Assembly (NCBI GenBank): GCA_965219085.1
Contig: OZ244720.1
Location: forward strand, 2,880,001 to 2,944,000
DNA from: Dehalococcoidia bacterium
GTDB taxonomy: Bacteria; Chloroflexota; Dehalococcoidia; UBA2979
Reading direction: 5' to 3'
Length of the DNA: 64,000 nucleotides
Position 1 is the stretch's first letter. Each line of letters opens with the position of its first letter. Below the pieces are notes generated by a model. That model had not been told where the DNA came from, did no database searches, and saw nothing but the letters and a program-made list of their open reading frames with translations. Shown piece after piece: positions 24,522 to 34,808 of the stretch. The position numbers and the translations under genes were made by a program.

Positions 24522-25379
24522 ATGCCGAGGCCGATCTGGCGCGGGGCAATCAGCTTCGGGATGGTCTCGATCCCGGTGCGGCTCTACACCGCCACCGAGA
24601 GCAAGGACGTCTCCTTCCGCCAACTCGACCGCGAGGACCACTCCCGCGTCCGCCAGCTGCGCTGGAACATGGAACTCGACCGCGAGGTGCCCTACGACCA
24701 GATCGTGCGCGGCTACGAGTACTCCAAGGACCGCTACGTCGTCCTCGATGACGAGGATTTCGAGAAGCTGCCGCTCCCCAGCAGGCGCACCATCGCCATC
24801 CAGGCGTTCGTGCAGCTCGAGGAGATCGACCCCGTCTACTACGAGAAGGCCTACTACCTCGAACCGGACGAGGCGGGCGAGAAGCCGTTCGCGCTGCTGA
24901 TGCGGGCGCTGGAGGCCAGGGGCCTCGTGGCCGTCGCGCAGGTCGCCATCCGTAACAAGGAGCGGCTCTGCGCGCTGCGCGTGCTCGGCGACGATGGGGA
25001 AGGCGGCGGCCGGATCCTCCTCGAAACGTTGCACTACCCCGACGAAATCCGCACCGCCCGGCTCGAACCCCTCGACACCGCCGAGGTGACCGAGGACGAG
25101 CTGGCGATGGCGCTCACGTTAGTCGGGATGCTCGAGCAGCCGTTCGCACCCGAGGAGTACCACGACGAGTATCGCGAAGCTCTGATGACCGTCATCAACG
25201 CCAAGCTGGAGGGCCAGGAGCTCGCCGAAGCCGCCGAACCCGAGACCGCCAAGATCGTCGACCTCATGGCCGCGCTCCGCGCGAGCGTCGAGGCCGCCAG
25301 CCGCCAGCACGACGCCGACGAGGCCGAGGCGGAAGCCGAGGCCGCCGAGCCCTCGCACGCCGAGGCGAAGGCCAGCTAG
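24522..25379 (+). CDS. ku: NHEJ DNA end-binding protein Ku
   Basis: MPRPIWRGAISFGMVSIPVRLY, IDPVYYEKAYYL, VDLMAALRAS; GGAGG RBS. Confidence 0.95.
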   Translation: MPRPIWRGAISFGMVSIPVRLYTATESKDVSFRQLDREDHSRVRQLRWNMELDREVPYDQIVRGYEYSKDRYVVLDDEDFEKLPLPSRRTIAIQAFVQLEEIDPVYYEKAYYLEPDEAGEKPFALLMRALEARGLVAVAQVAIRNKERLCALRVLGDDGEGGGRILLETLHYPDEIRTARLEPLDTAEVTEDELAMALTLVGMLEQPFAPEEYHDEYREALMTVINAKLEGQELAEAAEPETAKIVDLMAALRASVEAASRQHDADEAEAEAEAAEPSHAEAKAS

Positions 25380-25413
25380 GCCGCGCCGGCTGCACCCGCG
25401 GTAGCGCGCCTCG

Positions 25414-28362
25414 ATGCCCTCCCCAGAGCACACGACCCCGCCCGCGGCTTCCGAGGCATCCGGCACCCTCGCGGAGTACGACGCGAAGCGCGATTTCGGC
25501 GAGACGCCCGAGCCGGCGCCCCAGTCGCCGTCACAGTCGCCGTCACAGTCGCCGCCAGCCGCGACCGGCCCCCTGACGTTCGTCGTGCAGCAGCATCGCG
25601 CGACGCGCATGCACTACGACGTACGCCTCGAAGTGGGTGGCGTCATGCCCTCGTGGCCCGTGCCGAAGGGCCCCTCGACGAACCCGCGCGAGCGCCGACT
25701 TGCGATCCAGACCGAGGACCACCCGCTCGACTACGCCTCGTTCGAGGGGCTGATCCCAAAGGGCCAGTACGGCGCGGGCGAGGTCATCGTCTGGGACAAC
25801 GGCACCTACTCGCCCGACGAGGGCGGGCGCCTGTCCTTCGGCGACCGCGAGGAGGCCGAGGCGCGCGTGCGCGCGGGCATCGCGGCGGGCAAGCTCTCGA
25901 TCACGTTCCGCGGCCGCAAGCTCAAGGGCTCGTGGACGTTCGTGAAGACGAGTGCCTCCGAGGACAGCTGGCTGCTGATCAAGCACCAGGACGTCGCGGC
26001 AGACCCCGACCGCGAACTGACCGCCGAGGACGCCTCGGTGATCTCGGGCCTGACCATCGGCGACCTTCAGGGTGGGCGCGTACCCGACCCGGCACGCGCT
26101 GGCACGCCGCCGCGCCTAGCCGACGTGCCGGGCGTCGCCCTCGACGCGCTGCCGCGCGGTGTGAAGCCGATGCAGGCGGACCTCGCCACCGAGCCGTTCG
26201 ACAACGCGGCGTGGTTCTTCGAGCCGAAACTCGACGGCATCCGCGCGCTCGTCACCATCGAGGGCGACGCTTCCCTGGATGCGGGGATACCCCGCGGGTC
26301 CCTGGATGCGGGGATACCCTGCGGGTCCCTGGATGCGGGGATACCCTGCGGGTCCCTGGATGCGGGGATACCCCGCAGGGTCTCGCTGCGCGCGCGCAGC
26401 GGGCGCGACATCACCGCGCAGTACCCGGCGCTCGTGCGAGCGCTGGCCGAGCAGCCCGTCGCTACGGCGGTCCTGGACGGCGAGATCGTCACGCTCGACG
26501 AGCGTGGCGTGCCGTCGTTCGAGCTGTTGCAGCAGCGCATGGGCCTCCAGAACGCCGAGGAGATCGCTGTCGCCGACGCGGAGCGGCCCGTGCTGTTCTT
26601 CGCCTTCGACGCGCTTTACCTCGACGGCCACGACCTGCGCCGCGTGGCGCTGGAACATCGCGCCGAGGTGCTCGCCCGCGTGGTGCTGCCGGGGCCGCTC
26701 GTGCAGCGCGTCGAGACGTTCGCGGCCGACGGCATCGCGGCGTTCGAGGCGGCGAAGGCGCTTGGCCTCGAGGGCGTCGTGGCGAAGCGCCGCGACAGCG
26801 TCTACGAGGAGGGGCGGCGCTCGCAGCGCTGGCTCAAGGTGAAGGTGCGCCAGACCGGCGACTTCGTGATCGGTGGCCACCACAGCGGCGAGGGCGCGCA
26901 CACCGGCACCTTCGGGGCGCTGCTCCTCGGCACGCGCGACGAGGGCTCCTCGGGCGATCCCCGCCCCGACGAAGACCCATCCCTGCGCTACGTCGGCCGT
27001 GTCGGCACGGGCTTCGACGACGCCACGCTGCGAGAGCTGCGGGCCCGCCTCGACGCCATCGAGACCGACACCAACCCCTTCGCCGAGGAGCCGCCGGACG
27101 TGGACCGCGTGACGTTCGTCCGGCCGGAGCTTGTGGCCGAGGTCGCGTACGCGAACGAGACGCGCGAGGGCATCCTGCGCGCGCCGTCGTTCCTGCGGCT
27201 GCGGCCCGACAAGCCGCCGTCCGAGGTGCGCCGCCCCGCACTCGTCGCGCCGCCCGCCTCGTCGCGCACAGCGACGGCGCCCACCGACGCCGACGCCATC
27301 GCCTCGGTGCTCACACAACTCGACGGCAACGCGGCCGAGATGCAACTCGCCATCGGCGCGCACGAGGTGCGGGTGACGAACCTCGACAAGGTGTTGTGGC
27401 CGGAGCACCAGGCATCTGAAGGCGGAGGCTCACCGGCCGTCACGAAGCGCGACCTGCTGCGCTACCTCGCGCGGGTCTCGCCGTGGCTGCTCCCGCACAT
27501 GCGCGACCGCCTCGTCACGCTCACACGCTACCCCGACGGCGTCGGCGGCAACTCGTTCTACCAGAAGCACTACGACCGACCGCCGGCGTTCGTCGAGACC
27601 GCCGAGGTGTACGTGGACTCCTCGCGCGGCGACGAGACGGCGCTGCTCTGCAACAACCTCGCGACGCTGCTCTGGCTCGGCCAGCTCGCCGACCTCGAAC
27701 TGCACGTCTCACTCGCGCGCGCGAGCGCGGAGCCGGACGGGCACCACCTGCCGATGGTGTTCTCCGGCTCGAAGGAGCAGATCGAGCGCTCGGCGCTCGG
27801 GCACCCCGACTTCGTGCTGTTCGACCTCGACCCCTACATCTACGCGGGCGACGAAGCGAGCGGCGAGGAGCCGCAGCTCAATCGCCGCGCCTTCTCGCAG
27901 ACCGTCGAGGTGGCGCGCTGGCTCAAGGAGCTGCTCGACGCGGCGTCACTGTCGTCGTTCGTGAAGACCTCGGGCGCGACGGGGCTGCACATCTACGTGC
28001 CGGTGCTGCGGCACTTCGACTACCCGGCGGTGCGGGCGGTGGCGGGCACGTTCGCCGACTTCCTGCAGCGCGCCCACCCCGCCGAGATCACGCTCGAGTG
28101 GGCGACGCAGCAGCGCACGGGCAAGATCTTCGTCGACGTGAACCAGAACGCTCGCATCAAGAACCTCGCGACGGCGTTCTCGCCACGCCCGAAGCCCGGC
28201 GCCCCCGTCTCGACGACGCTGCGCTGGGACGAGCTCGACGACGTGTACCCCTCGGACTTCACGATCCACACCGCGCTCGCCCGCCTCGCCGAGGTGGGCG
28301 ACCCATGGGCGGACATCATCCGACATAAGCATGACTTGCGGGCGTTGATCGAGGGGGAGTAG
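25414..28362 (+). CDS. ligD: Multidomain DNA ligase D (PE - ligase - polymerase)
   Basis: PE: FVVQQHRATRMHYDVRLE; ligase: EPKLDGIRA, EGVVAKRRDS, WLKVK; Pol: RYPDG, FDLDP, KTSGATGLH. Confidence 0.94.
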   Translation: MPSPEHTTPPAASEASGTLAEYDAKRDFGETPEPAPQSPSQSPSQSPPAATGPLTFVVQQHRATRMHYDVRLEVGGVMPSWPVPKGPSTNPRERRLAIQTEDHPLDYASFEGLIPKGQYGAGEVIVWDNGTYSPDEGGRLSFGDREEAEARVRAGIAAGKLSITFRGRKLKGSWTFVKTSASEDSWLLIKHQDVAADPDRELTAEDASVISGLTIGDLQGGRVPDPARAGTPPRLADVPGVALDALPRGVKPMQADLATEPFDNAAWFFEPKLDGIRALVTIEGDASLDAGIPRGSLDAGIPCGSLDAGIPCGSLDAGIPRRVSLRARSGRDITAQYPALVRALAEQPVATAVLDGEIVTLDERGVPSFELLQQRMGLQNAEEIAVADAERPVLFFAFDALYLDGHDLRRVALEHRAEVLARVVLPGPLVQRVETFAADGIAAFEAAKALGLEGVVAKRRDSVYEEGRRSQRWLKVKVRQTGDFVIGGHHSGEGAHTGTFGALLLGTRDEGSSGDPRPDEDPSLRYVGRVGTGFDDATLRELRARLDAIETDTNPFAEEPPDVDRVTFVRPELVAEVAYANETREGILRAPSFLRLRPDKPPSEVRRPALVAPPASSRTATAPTDADAIASVLTQLDGNAAEMQLAIGAHEVRVTNLDKVLWPEHQASEGGGSPAVTKRDLLRYLARVSPWLLPHMRDRLVTLTRYPDGVGGNSFYQKHYDRPPAFVETAEVYVDSSRGDETALLCNNLATLLWLGQLADLELHVSLARASAEPDGHHLPMVFSGSKEQIERSALGHPDFVLFDLDPYIYAGDEASGEEPQLNRRAFSQTVEVARWLKELLDAASLSSFVKTSGATGLHIYVPVLRHFDYPAVRAVAGTFADFLQRAHPAEITLEWATQQRTGKIFVDVNQNARIKNLATAFSPRPKPGAPVSTTLRWDELDDVYPSDFTIHTALARLAEVGDPWADIIRHKHDLRALIEGE
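25522..25554. repeat. 12-bp tandem repeat (SQSP) x about 3 in LigD N-terminal linker
   Basis: (TCA)CAGTCGCCG repeated. Confidence 0.8.
26272..26379. repeat. 27-bp tandem repeat x4 with internal palindrome, in-frame inside the LigD ligase domain
   Basis: TCCCTGGATGCGGGGATACCC(C/T)GC(G/A)GG x4 encoding SLDAGIP(R/C)(G/R). Confidence 0.95.
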
Positions 28363-28419
28363 GGCGCGGGCAGAACGTCGCGTAGCTCCACAGGGTGGTG
28401 TAGCGATACAGTCGATCGT

Positions 28420-29046
28420 ATGGAAAGCGTATTCATCTACTGGGATAACTCCAATATCTTCCACGAGGCACAGCGCCTCGCGGAGGAACGCGACAGGACT
28501 CCCGGCGCGCGTTACCTCGTGCGCATCGACTTCGAAGCGATGTTGAACCTGGCGCACGCCGGACGTGCGGTCGGGCATGCGGTCGCTGCCGGCTCCGTGC
28601 CACCAGAGATGCGGCAGTTGTGGAATCGCCTCGAAAGCCGCGGTGTGGAGGTCAAGCTGTTCGATCGCGGCAGTCCGGAGCGCGGCGAGCAGGAAATGCC
28701 GGACCGCTTGTTGCAACTACGGATGTTGGAGGACGCACTGGATAACAACGGCGATCCGGGCGTCGCCGTGTTGCTGACCGGAGACGGGGCGGGCTATCAG
28801 GAGGGTGCGGGCTTCCACAGTACCCTGGAGCGGATGCATAGGCGTGGCTGGCGGGTGGAGATCCTGTCGTGGTCGCATTCCTGCAACCAGCGGATGCGCC
28901 GCTGGGCCGAAGAGAACGGTGTGTTCGTCGCGCTGGACGACTTCTACGAAGCCGTCACGTACAGGGAGCCCTCGCGGTCCGGGTTCGAGTTCGCGCCCGC
29001 GCGCGATTCCGCGCCGCTCGATCTCTCGTTGCGGGCAACTGCGTAA
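28420..29046 (+). CDS. NYN (LabA/DUF88-like PIN) domain protein
   Basis: FIYWDNSNIF, EQEMPD, LLTGDG, GWRVEILSW; visibly more AT-rich than its neighbours. Confidence 0.85.
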   Translation: MESVFIYWDNSNIFHEAQRLAEERDRTPGARYLVRIDFEAMLNLAHAGRAVGHAVAAGSVPPEMRQLWNRLESRGVEVKLFDRGSPERGEQEMPDRLLQLRMLEDALDNNGDPGVAVLLTGDGAGYQEGAGFHSTLERMHRRGWRVEILSWSHSCNQRMRRWAEENGVFVALDDFYEAVTYREPSRSGFEFAPARDSAPLDLSLRATA

Positions 29047-29098
29047 CCGTGCGGCTCTCCCATTGGCCCCCTTGGCGGCGGCGTCATACAGTCGATAT

Positions 29099-30235
29099 AT
29101 GGCTGTGAACGGGGCGCGCGACGCCGGGCGCGGGGGACTGAAGCAGCTCGCGCTGCGCGAGCGCCACGAGGCGCTCGGCGCACGCTTCGCACCCTTCGCG
29201 GGCTGGGAGATGCCCCTCCAGTACCAGGGCATCGTCGCTGAGCACGAGGCCGTGCGAGGGGGCGTCGGGGTCTTCGATGTCTCGCACCTCGCGCGTGCGT
29301 GGGTGCGCGGTCCCGGCGCCGCTGAGCTGCTGCGCTCGGTCACCACGTTCGACGTGACCACGGTGCCGGTCGGCAAGGCGCACTACTCGCTGTACTGCAA
29401 TGAGGCCGGCGGCATCGAGGACGACGTCTTCATCTACCACCTCCCCGACGACCAGTGGTTGGTCATCCACAACGCCGCCAACGCCGATGCCGACTTCCTG
29501 CGCCTCCAGAGGGTCGCCGGCGACGCCGCGTCCGAGGAGACCCCGCAGACCGTCATGCTCGCCGTGCAAGGCCCCGACGCTGTCGAGTTGCTCACGAGCG
29601 TCCTCGGGGATGGGTTCGCGACGCTGGAGCCGCGCGACTGCGCCCAACTCGACTGGGGCGGCGTGCCCGTGCTCGTCGCCCGCACCGGCTACACGGGCGA
29701 GGACGGCGGCGAGTGCATCGTCGGGGCCGACGATGCCGCCGCACTGTGGGACGCGCTGACCGGCGCCGGCGCGACGCCCACCGGCCTCGGCGCGCGCGAC
29801 ACGCTGCGGCTCGAGGCCGCGCTGCCGCTCCACGGCAACGACATCGACGCGACCACGCACCCGTTCGAGTCGGGCCTCGGTTTCGCCGTCACGCTCGACG
29901 ACGATGCGCCGTTCACCGGCCGCGAGGCGCTCACCGAGGCGAAGGCGCAGCCCCGCACGCGGCGGCTTGCCCACGTCCTCGCGCAGCAGCGCGGAGTCAT
30001 CCGGGCGGGCTACGGTGTGCACGTGACAGACGAGGACGGTGAGCTCCTCGGAGACCCCCTGACGACGCTCACCAGCGGGGCGTTCAGCCCCAGCTTGCGC
30101 CTCGGCATTGGCATGGCCTACCTTCCCGCGCAGCTAGCCAGGCCCGGCGTCAGGCTCGCGGTGGACGTGCGTGGGCGCGCGCTCCCCGTCGAGGTCGTGC
30201 GCCGCCCGTTCTACCGGAAGCAGGAGCAGTCGTGA
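29099..30235 (+). CDS. gcvT: Glycine cleavage aminomethyltransferase T
   Basis: FAGWEMPLQY, FDVSH, RTGYTGEDG, GLGARDTLRLEA. Confidence 0.95.
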   Translation: MAVNGARDAGRGGLKQLALRERHEALGARFAPFAGWEMPLQYQGIVAEHEAVRGGVGVFDVSHLARAWVRGPGAAELLRSVTTFDVTTVPVGKAHYSLYCNEAGGIEDDVFIYHLPDDQWLVIHNAANADADFLRLQRVAGDAASEETPQTVMLAVQGPDAVELLTSVLGDGFATLEPRDCAQLDWGGVPVLVARTGYTGEDGGECIVGADDAAALWDALTGAGATPTGLGARDTLRLEAALPLHGNDIDATTHPFESGLGFAVTLDDDAPFTGREALTEAKAQPRTRRLAHVLAQQRGVIRAGYGVHVTDEDGELLGDPLTTLTSGAFSPSLRLGIGMAYLPAQLARPGVRLAVDVRGRALPVEVVRRPFYRKQEQS

Positions 30236-30633
30236 GCGGCGGACAGGTACCGGACGGGCTCCTCTACACGAGCGACCACGAGTGGCTCCGCCGTGACGAC
30301 GCAAGCCCCGATGAGGCCGTGATCGGCATCACGGACTTCGCCCAGGACCAGCTCGGCGACGTGGTCTACCTCGACCTCCCCGCCGAGGGCGCCGAGGTCA
30401 CCAGCGGCGAGCGCTTCGGCGAGGTCGAGTCGGTCAAGACCGTCTCCGACCTCTTCGCACCGATCACTGGTGAGGTCATCGCCACCAACGGCGACCTCGA
30501 GGACCAGCCCGAGCTGGTCAACGACTCGCCGTACGACGAGGGCTGGCTGGTCCGCGTGCGCATCGCCGACGACTCCCAACTCGACGGCCTGCTCGACGCC
30601 GACGCGTACCGCGCGCAACTCCCGGCGAGCTGA
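30232..30633 (+). CDS. gcvH: Glycine cleavage H protein
   Basis: YTSDHEW, GITDFAQDQLGD, VESVKT lipoyl lysine. Confidence 0.96.
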   Translation: MSGGQVPDGLLYTSDHEWLRRDDASPDEAVIGITDFAQDQLGDVVYLDLPAEGAEVTSGERFGEVESVKTVSDLFAPITGEVIATNGDLEDQPELVNDSPYDEGWLVRVRIADDSQLDGLLDADAYRAQLPAS

Positions 30634-30635
30634 CG

Positions 30636-32015
30636 TTGGCGTCCCTTCCGATCGAGGCGTTGCCCGCGGGGTCGCCCCACCCATACATCCCGGCCACCGA
30701 GGCCGATCGCGCGCGCATGCTCGCGCGTGTCGGCGTCGAGAGCGTCGATGCGCTGTTCGCCGACCTGCCCGCGGCCTACCGTGACCCGGCGTTCGAGTTG
30801 CCGCCGCAGCTGACCGAACCGGAGCTGATCGCGCTGCTCGAGGAGCGCGCGGCGATCAATGCCCACCCGGGCCGGCCGAACTTCCTTGGGGCGGGCGCGT
30901 ACCGGCGCTCGATCCCGTCGATCGCCGGCTACCTGACGAGCCGCTCGGAGTTCGTCACGGCGTACACGCCGTACCAGCCGGAGATCAGCCAGGGCACGCT
31001 GCAGTCCGGCTTCGAGTACCAGTCGGTCGTCTGCGAACTGACCGGGATGGATGTCTCCAACACCGGCCTCTACGACGTCGCCAGCGCGACCGCCGAGGCG
31101 TGCCTGCTCGCAGCGCGCGCCACGCGCCGCACGGCCGTCGCGCTGCTCGAACCGATCCACCCCGGCACCGTCGACGTCATACGCGCCTACGCGCGCGGAA
31201 CGGGCCTCCGAGTCGACCTCGTGACCTCCGCGGACGCCGCGACCGAGGAGCACGCGTGCCTCGTCGCACAGCAGCCCGACTTCCTCGGCACGATCGCCGA
31301 CCTCGAACCGCTCGCCGAGGCGGCGCACTCCGCCGGCGCGCTGTTCGTGACCGTCGCCGACCCCTTCGCGCTCGGCCTGCTGCGCGCGCCCGGCGACGCG
31401 GGCGCCGACATCGTCACCGGCGAGGGACGCGACCTTGCGGGCGCGCCCGCCTTCGGAGGGCCGTCCGTCGGGCTGTTCGCCGCGCGGCAGCAGTACCTGC
31501 GGCAGATGCCGGGCCGCATCGTCGGCCGCACGAAGGAGCTCGAGACGCCGCCCGGCCACGACGAGCCACGCACCGGCTACGTGCTCACGCTCCAGGCGCG
31601 CGAGCAGTTCATCCGCCGCGAGCGCGCCACCTCGAACGTCTCGACGGCGCAGGCGCTGATCGCGCTCGCCTTCACCATCACGGTGCAGGCGCTCGGCCCG
31701 CGCGGCCTGCGCGAGGCCGCCGAGCTGTGCTACCAGCGCGCCCACGCCGCCGCCGCGCGCGTGGCGGCGCTGCCGGGCCACGAGGTCCCCGAGCGCGGGC
31801 CGTGGTTCCAGGAGTTCCTCGTGCGGGGCCCGGTGCCCGCGGCGACCCTTGCCCGCGAGCTCGCCGCGCGCGGTATCACGGCTGGGCTCGACGTGTCGGA
31901 CCGGCCCGAGTCCGAGGCGCACGAGGCGCTGCTCTTCGCCGTCACCGAGGCGACGCCCGACGCGCACGTCGACGCGTTGATCGAGGCGCTCGCGGAGATC
32001 GGAGCCAACGCGTGA
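30636..32015 (+). CDS. gcvPA: Glycine dehydrogenase subunit 1
   Basis: FLGAGAY, TAYTPYQPEISQG, REQFIRRERATSN. Confidence 0.94.
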   Translation: MASLPIEALPAGSPHPYIPATEADRARMLARVGVESVDALFADLPAAYRDPAFELPPQLTEPELIALLEERAAINAHPGRPNFLGAGAYRRSIPSIAGYLTSRSEFVTAYTPYQPEISQGTLQSGFEYQSVVCELTGMDVSNTGLYDVASATAEACLLAARATRRTAVALLEPIHPGTVDVIRAYARGTGLRVDLVTSADAATEEHACLVAQQPDFLGTIADLEPLAEAAHSAGALFVTVADPFALGLLRAPGDAGADIVTGEGRDLAGAPAFGGPSVGLFAARQQYLRQMPGRIVGRTKELETPPGHDEPRTGYVLTLQAREQFIRRERATSNVSTAQALIALAFTITVQALGPRGLREAAELCYQRAHAAAARVAALPGHEVPERGPWFQEFLVRGPVPAATLARELAARGITAGLDVSDRPESEAHEALLFAVTEATPDAHVDALIEALAEIGANA

Positions 32016-33493
32016 GCGTCGTGCGGCCAGGCAACGAGGACTTCGGCGCGCGGCTGAGCTTCGACCGCAGCTCGCCCGGCCGGCGCGCCGTCGACGTGCC
32101 TGCGTGGGACGGCGCGGAGACCCCGCTGCCCGACGCGCATCTGTTGCGCGACTCGGTGCGACTGCCGGAGCTGAGCCAGGGTGGCCTCGTGCGCTACTAC
32201 ACCGCGCTCTCCGCGCGGAACTACGGCATCGACTCCGGCACCTATCCGCTGGGTTCGTGCACGATGAAGTACAACCCGAAGGTCGACGACCTCGTGGCGT
32301 CGCTGCCGGGCTTCGCGACGGCGCACCCGCAGGCCCCCGCCGAGGAGGCGCAGGGCACGCTCCGCATCCTGCTGGAACTGCGCAGCGGCCTCGCCGAGGT
32401 GACGGGCCTGCCCGCGGTCAGCCTCGCGCCCGCCGCCGGCGCGCAGGGCGAGCTGGCGGGCGTGCTCATGATCACGCGCGCCCTCGAGGACCGCGGCGAG
32501 CTGGAGACGCGCCGCCGCATCCTCGTCCCTGACTCGGCGCACGGCACGAACCCGGCGACGGCGGCGATGGCAGGGTTCACTGTCACGCAGATCCCCACCG
32601 CGGCCGATGGTTCGCTCGACCGCGCGACGATCGAGAACGAGCTGGACGAGACCGTCGCGGCGGTGATGGTCACGGTGCCGAACACCCTCGGGCTCTGGGA
32701 ACAGGGCATCGAGGAGGTCGCGCACCTCATCCACGACGCCGGGGCCTACCTCTACGGCGACGGCGCGAACCTCAACGCGATCATGGGCCGCGTGCGCTAC
32801 GGCGACCTCGGCTTCGACGTGGTTCACCTCAACCTGCACAAGAGTTTCAGCACCCCGCACGGCGGCGGTGGCCCGGGCGCCGGGCCCGTCTGCTGCAGCG
32901 ACGAGCTGGCCCCGTACCTGCCGGCCCCGATCGTCGTCGAGGACGGCGAGGGCGTCGTGCGCCTCGAGACGCCGGAGCGCAGCATCGGCCACCTCCAGCA
33001 GTTCCACGGCAATGTCGGCGTGCTGATCCGCGCCTACGCCTACATGCGCGCGCTCGGTGGCGAGGGGCTGCGCGCGGTGTCCGGGCAGGCGGTGCTCAAC
33101 GCCAACTACCTGCGCGTGCTGATGCACGGCCACTACGACCTCCCGTACGACCGCCCGGTGCTGCACGAGGTCGTGTTCTCGGGCACCCGCCAGCGCCGCG
33201 AGCACGGCGTGCGCACGTACGACATCGCCAAGCGCCTCATCGACCACGGCTTCCACCCACCGACCGTCTACTTCCCGCTGATCGTCGAGGAAGCCCTGAT
33301 GATGGAGCCGACCGAGACGGAGCCGCCCGAGGCGATCGAGGCCCTCGCCGAGGCGATGATCGCCATCGCAGCAGAGGCCGCCGAGGATCCCGAGACGCTC
33401 CACGGCGCGCCGTGGACGGCGCCCATCGGCCGCCTCGACGAGGCCGAGGCCGCCCGCCGACCGGTCCTGCGCTGGCAGGGCAACGGCGAATAG
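32012..33493 (+). CDS. gcvPB: Glycine dehydrogenase subunit 2
   Basis: PLGSCTMKYNPK, SAHGTNPA, NLHKSFSTPHGGGGPG, EPTETE; GTGA overlap with gcvPA. Confidence 0.94.
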   Translation: MSVVRPGNEDFGARLSFDRSSPGRRAVDVPAWDGAETPLPDAHLLRDSVRLPELSQGGLVRYYTALSARNYGIDSGTYPLGSCTMKYNPKVDDLVASLPGFATAHPQAPAEEAQGTLRILLELRSGLAEVTGLPAVSLAPAAGAQGELAGVLMITRALEDRGELETRRRILVPDSAHGTNPATAAMAGFTVTQIPTAADGSLDRATIENELDETVAAVMVTVPNTLGLWEQGIEEVAHLIHDAGAYLYGDGANLNAIMGRVRYGDLGFDVVHLNLHKSFSTPHGGGGPGAGPVCCSDELAPYLPAPIVVEDGEGVVRLETPERSIGHLQQFHGNVGVLIRAYAYMRALGGEGLRAVSGQAVLNANYLRVLMHGHYDLPYDRPVLHEVVFSGTRQRREHGVRTYDIAKRLIDHGFHPPTVYFPLIVEEALMMEPTETEPPEAIEALAEAMIAIAAEAAEDPETLHGAPWTAPIGRLDEAEAARRPVLRWQGNGE

Positions 33494-33557
33494 CCGCGGG
33501 CCTGCGGCCACGTCACGCACCGGGTACGCTGCACCTCGAACCACCGAGGGGGACATC

Positions 33558-34517
33558 GTGAGCGTGCGCGTCGGGCTCGGCATGGCCGCGTTTCCGTTCT
33601 CCTCGACGCGAGCGTTCTGGCGCTGGGTCGAGCTCTGCGAGGACGGCGGCGTCGACTCGCTCTGGCAGTCGGATCGCCTGCTCGCGAGCGACGCTTCGCC
33701 ACGCCCGCAGCTCGAGACGATGAGCCTGATGGCCGCGCTCGCCGGAGGGACGGAGCGGCTCAAGTTCGGCATGAACGTCGTCGTGCTCCCGCTGCGCGAC
33801 CCCATCGCACTGGCCGCCGAGTGTGCGACGATCGACTTCCTCAGCGACGGCCGGCTCCTCCCCGCCTTCGGCGTCGGCGGTAACGCCTCGTCCGCCTGGG
33901 CCGCGACCGGCCGCGAGGCCAGTGGCCGCGGCGCCCGTTCGAACGAGGCGCTGGAGATCATGACCGCGCTGTGGCGCGGCGAGCGCGTGACGTTCGAGGG
34001 GCGAGCACTACCGCGTCGCGGACGCCTCGATCGCCCCGACGCCGGTGCAGCAGCCGATGCCGCTGTGGATCGGCGGCTCCAGCCAGGCGGCGATACGCCG
34101 CACGGTGCGCTACGGCAACGGCTGGCTCGGCGGGCTACAGGACGCCGGCGCAGGTCGCGCCCGTCGTCGCGTCGATCCGGGATGAGGCGGCGCGGCAGGG
34201 CAAGCGCATCCCCGACGACCACTACGGCGCGAACATCACGTACCGCTTCGGCTCGTGGGACGAACACGAGGTCGAGCAAGCGACTGCGGCCTTCGCGCGC
34301 CTCGCCGTCCAGGATCGCCCCGACCCGCGCGAGCACTTCGCCGTCGGCGATGCCGCCGACATCATCCGTCGCATCGAGGAGTACGTGGCCGTCGGCGTCA
34401 CGAAGTTCGTCGTGCGCCCCATCGCCGAGGGCGATGACGCGCTCATGGAGCCAGACGCAGCGCCTCATCGAGGAGGTGGTGCCGGTGGTGCATCGAGAGG
34501 ATGGGGACGGCGCGTAG
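33558..34517 (+). pseudogene. LLM-class (probably F420-dependent) oxidoreductase with about 3 single-base frameshifts
   Basis: DSLWQSDRL and ATIDFLSDGRL in one frame; PTPVQQPMPLWIGG...GNGWLG and VGVTKFVVRP in other frames; shifts near 34000, 34140 and 34448. Confidence 0.75.
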
Positions 34518-34530
34518 CCGCGGGGCCTGC

Positions 34531-34737
34531 CTAGCCCAGCACGGCAATCAGTACGGCAGTCGCGAGGGTAACGACGGCGAGCGTCCAGGCCCCGAGCCGG
34601 ATCAGAAGCTTGTCCACCACGCGGTCGGCGGCGTCCTCGACCATTTTAGCTATGGCGACTCCGACGGCGTCAGCCTGCTCTGGTTCGAGGCCACCCTCGG
34701 AACGGAGGTCGCGCATCGTTTCGGCGATCCGGGCCAT
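34531..34737 (-). CDS. Small DUF1640/CCDC90-like protein with C-terminal TM anchor
   Basis: LRSEGGLEPEQADAVGVAI head motif plus hydrophobic C-terminus; GAGG RBS. Confidence 0.6.
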   Translation of the reverse strand: MARIAETMRDLRSEGGLEPEQADAVGVAIAKMVEDAADRVVDKLLIRLGAWTLAVVTLATAVLIAVLG

Positions 34738-34808
34738 GGACGGGGTTCCTCTCAGCCTGGTCTCCCGCGTCGGGTCAACGGCGGACGCGGGTTCTCGGGC
34801 GCAGCGCA

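Noticed and set aside
26272-26379. CRISPR array (CCCCGC...GCGGGGAT resembles type I-E repeats)
   Set aside because: Units are directly abutting with no unique spacers, lie in-frame in ligD, and no cas genes are in the window
29047-29098. Glycine riboswitch upstream of gcvT
   Set aside because: The gap is only about 50 bp and gcvT appears leaderless
33558-34517. Programmed frameshifting or recoding in the LLM gene
   Set aside because: Three separate shifts with no slippery heptamers, and neighbouring genes show similar indels
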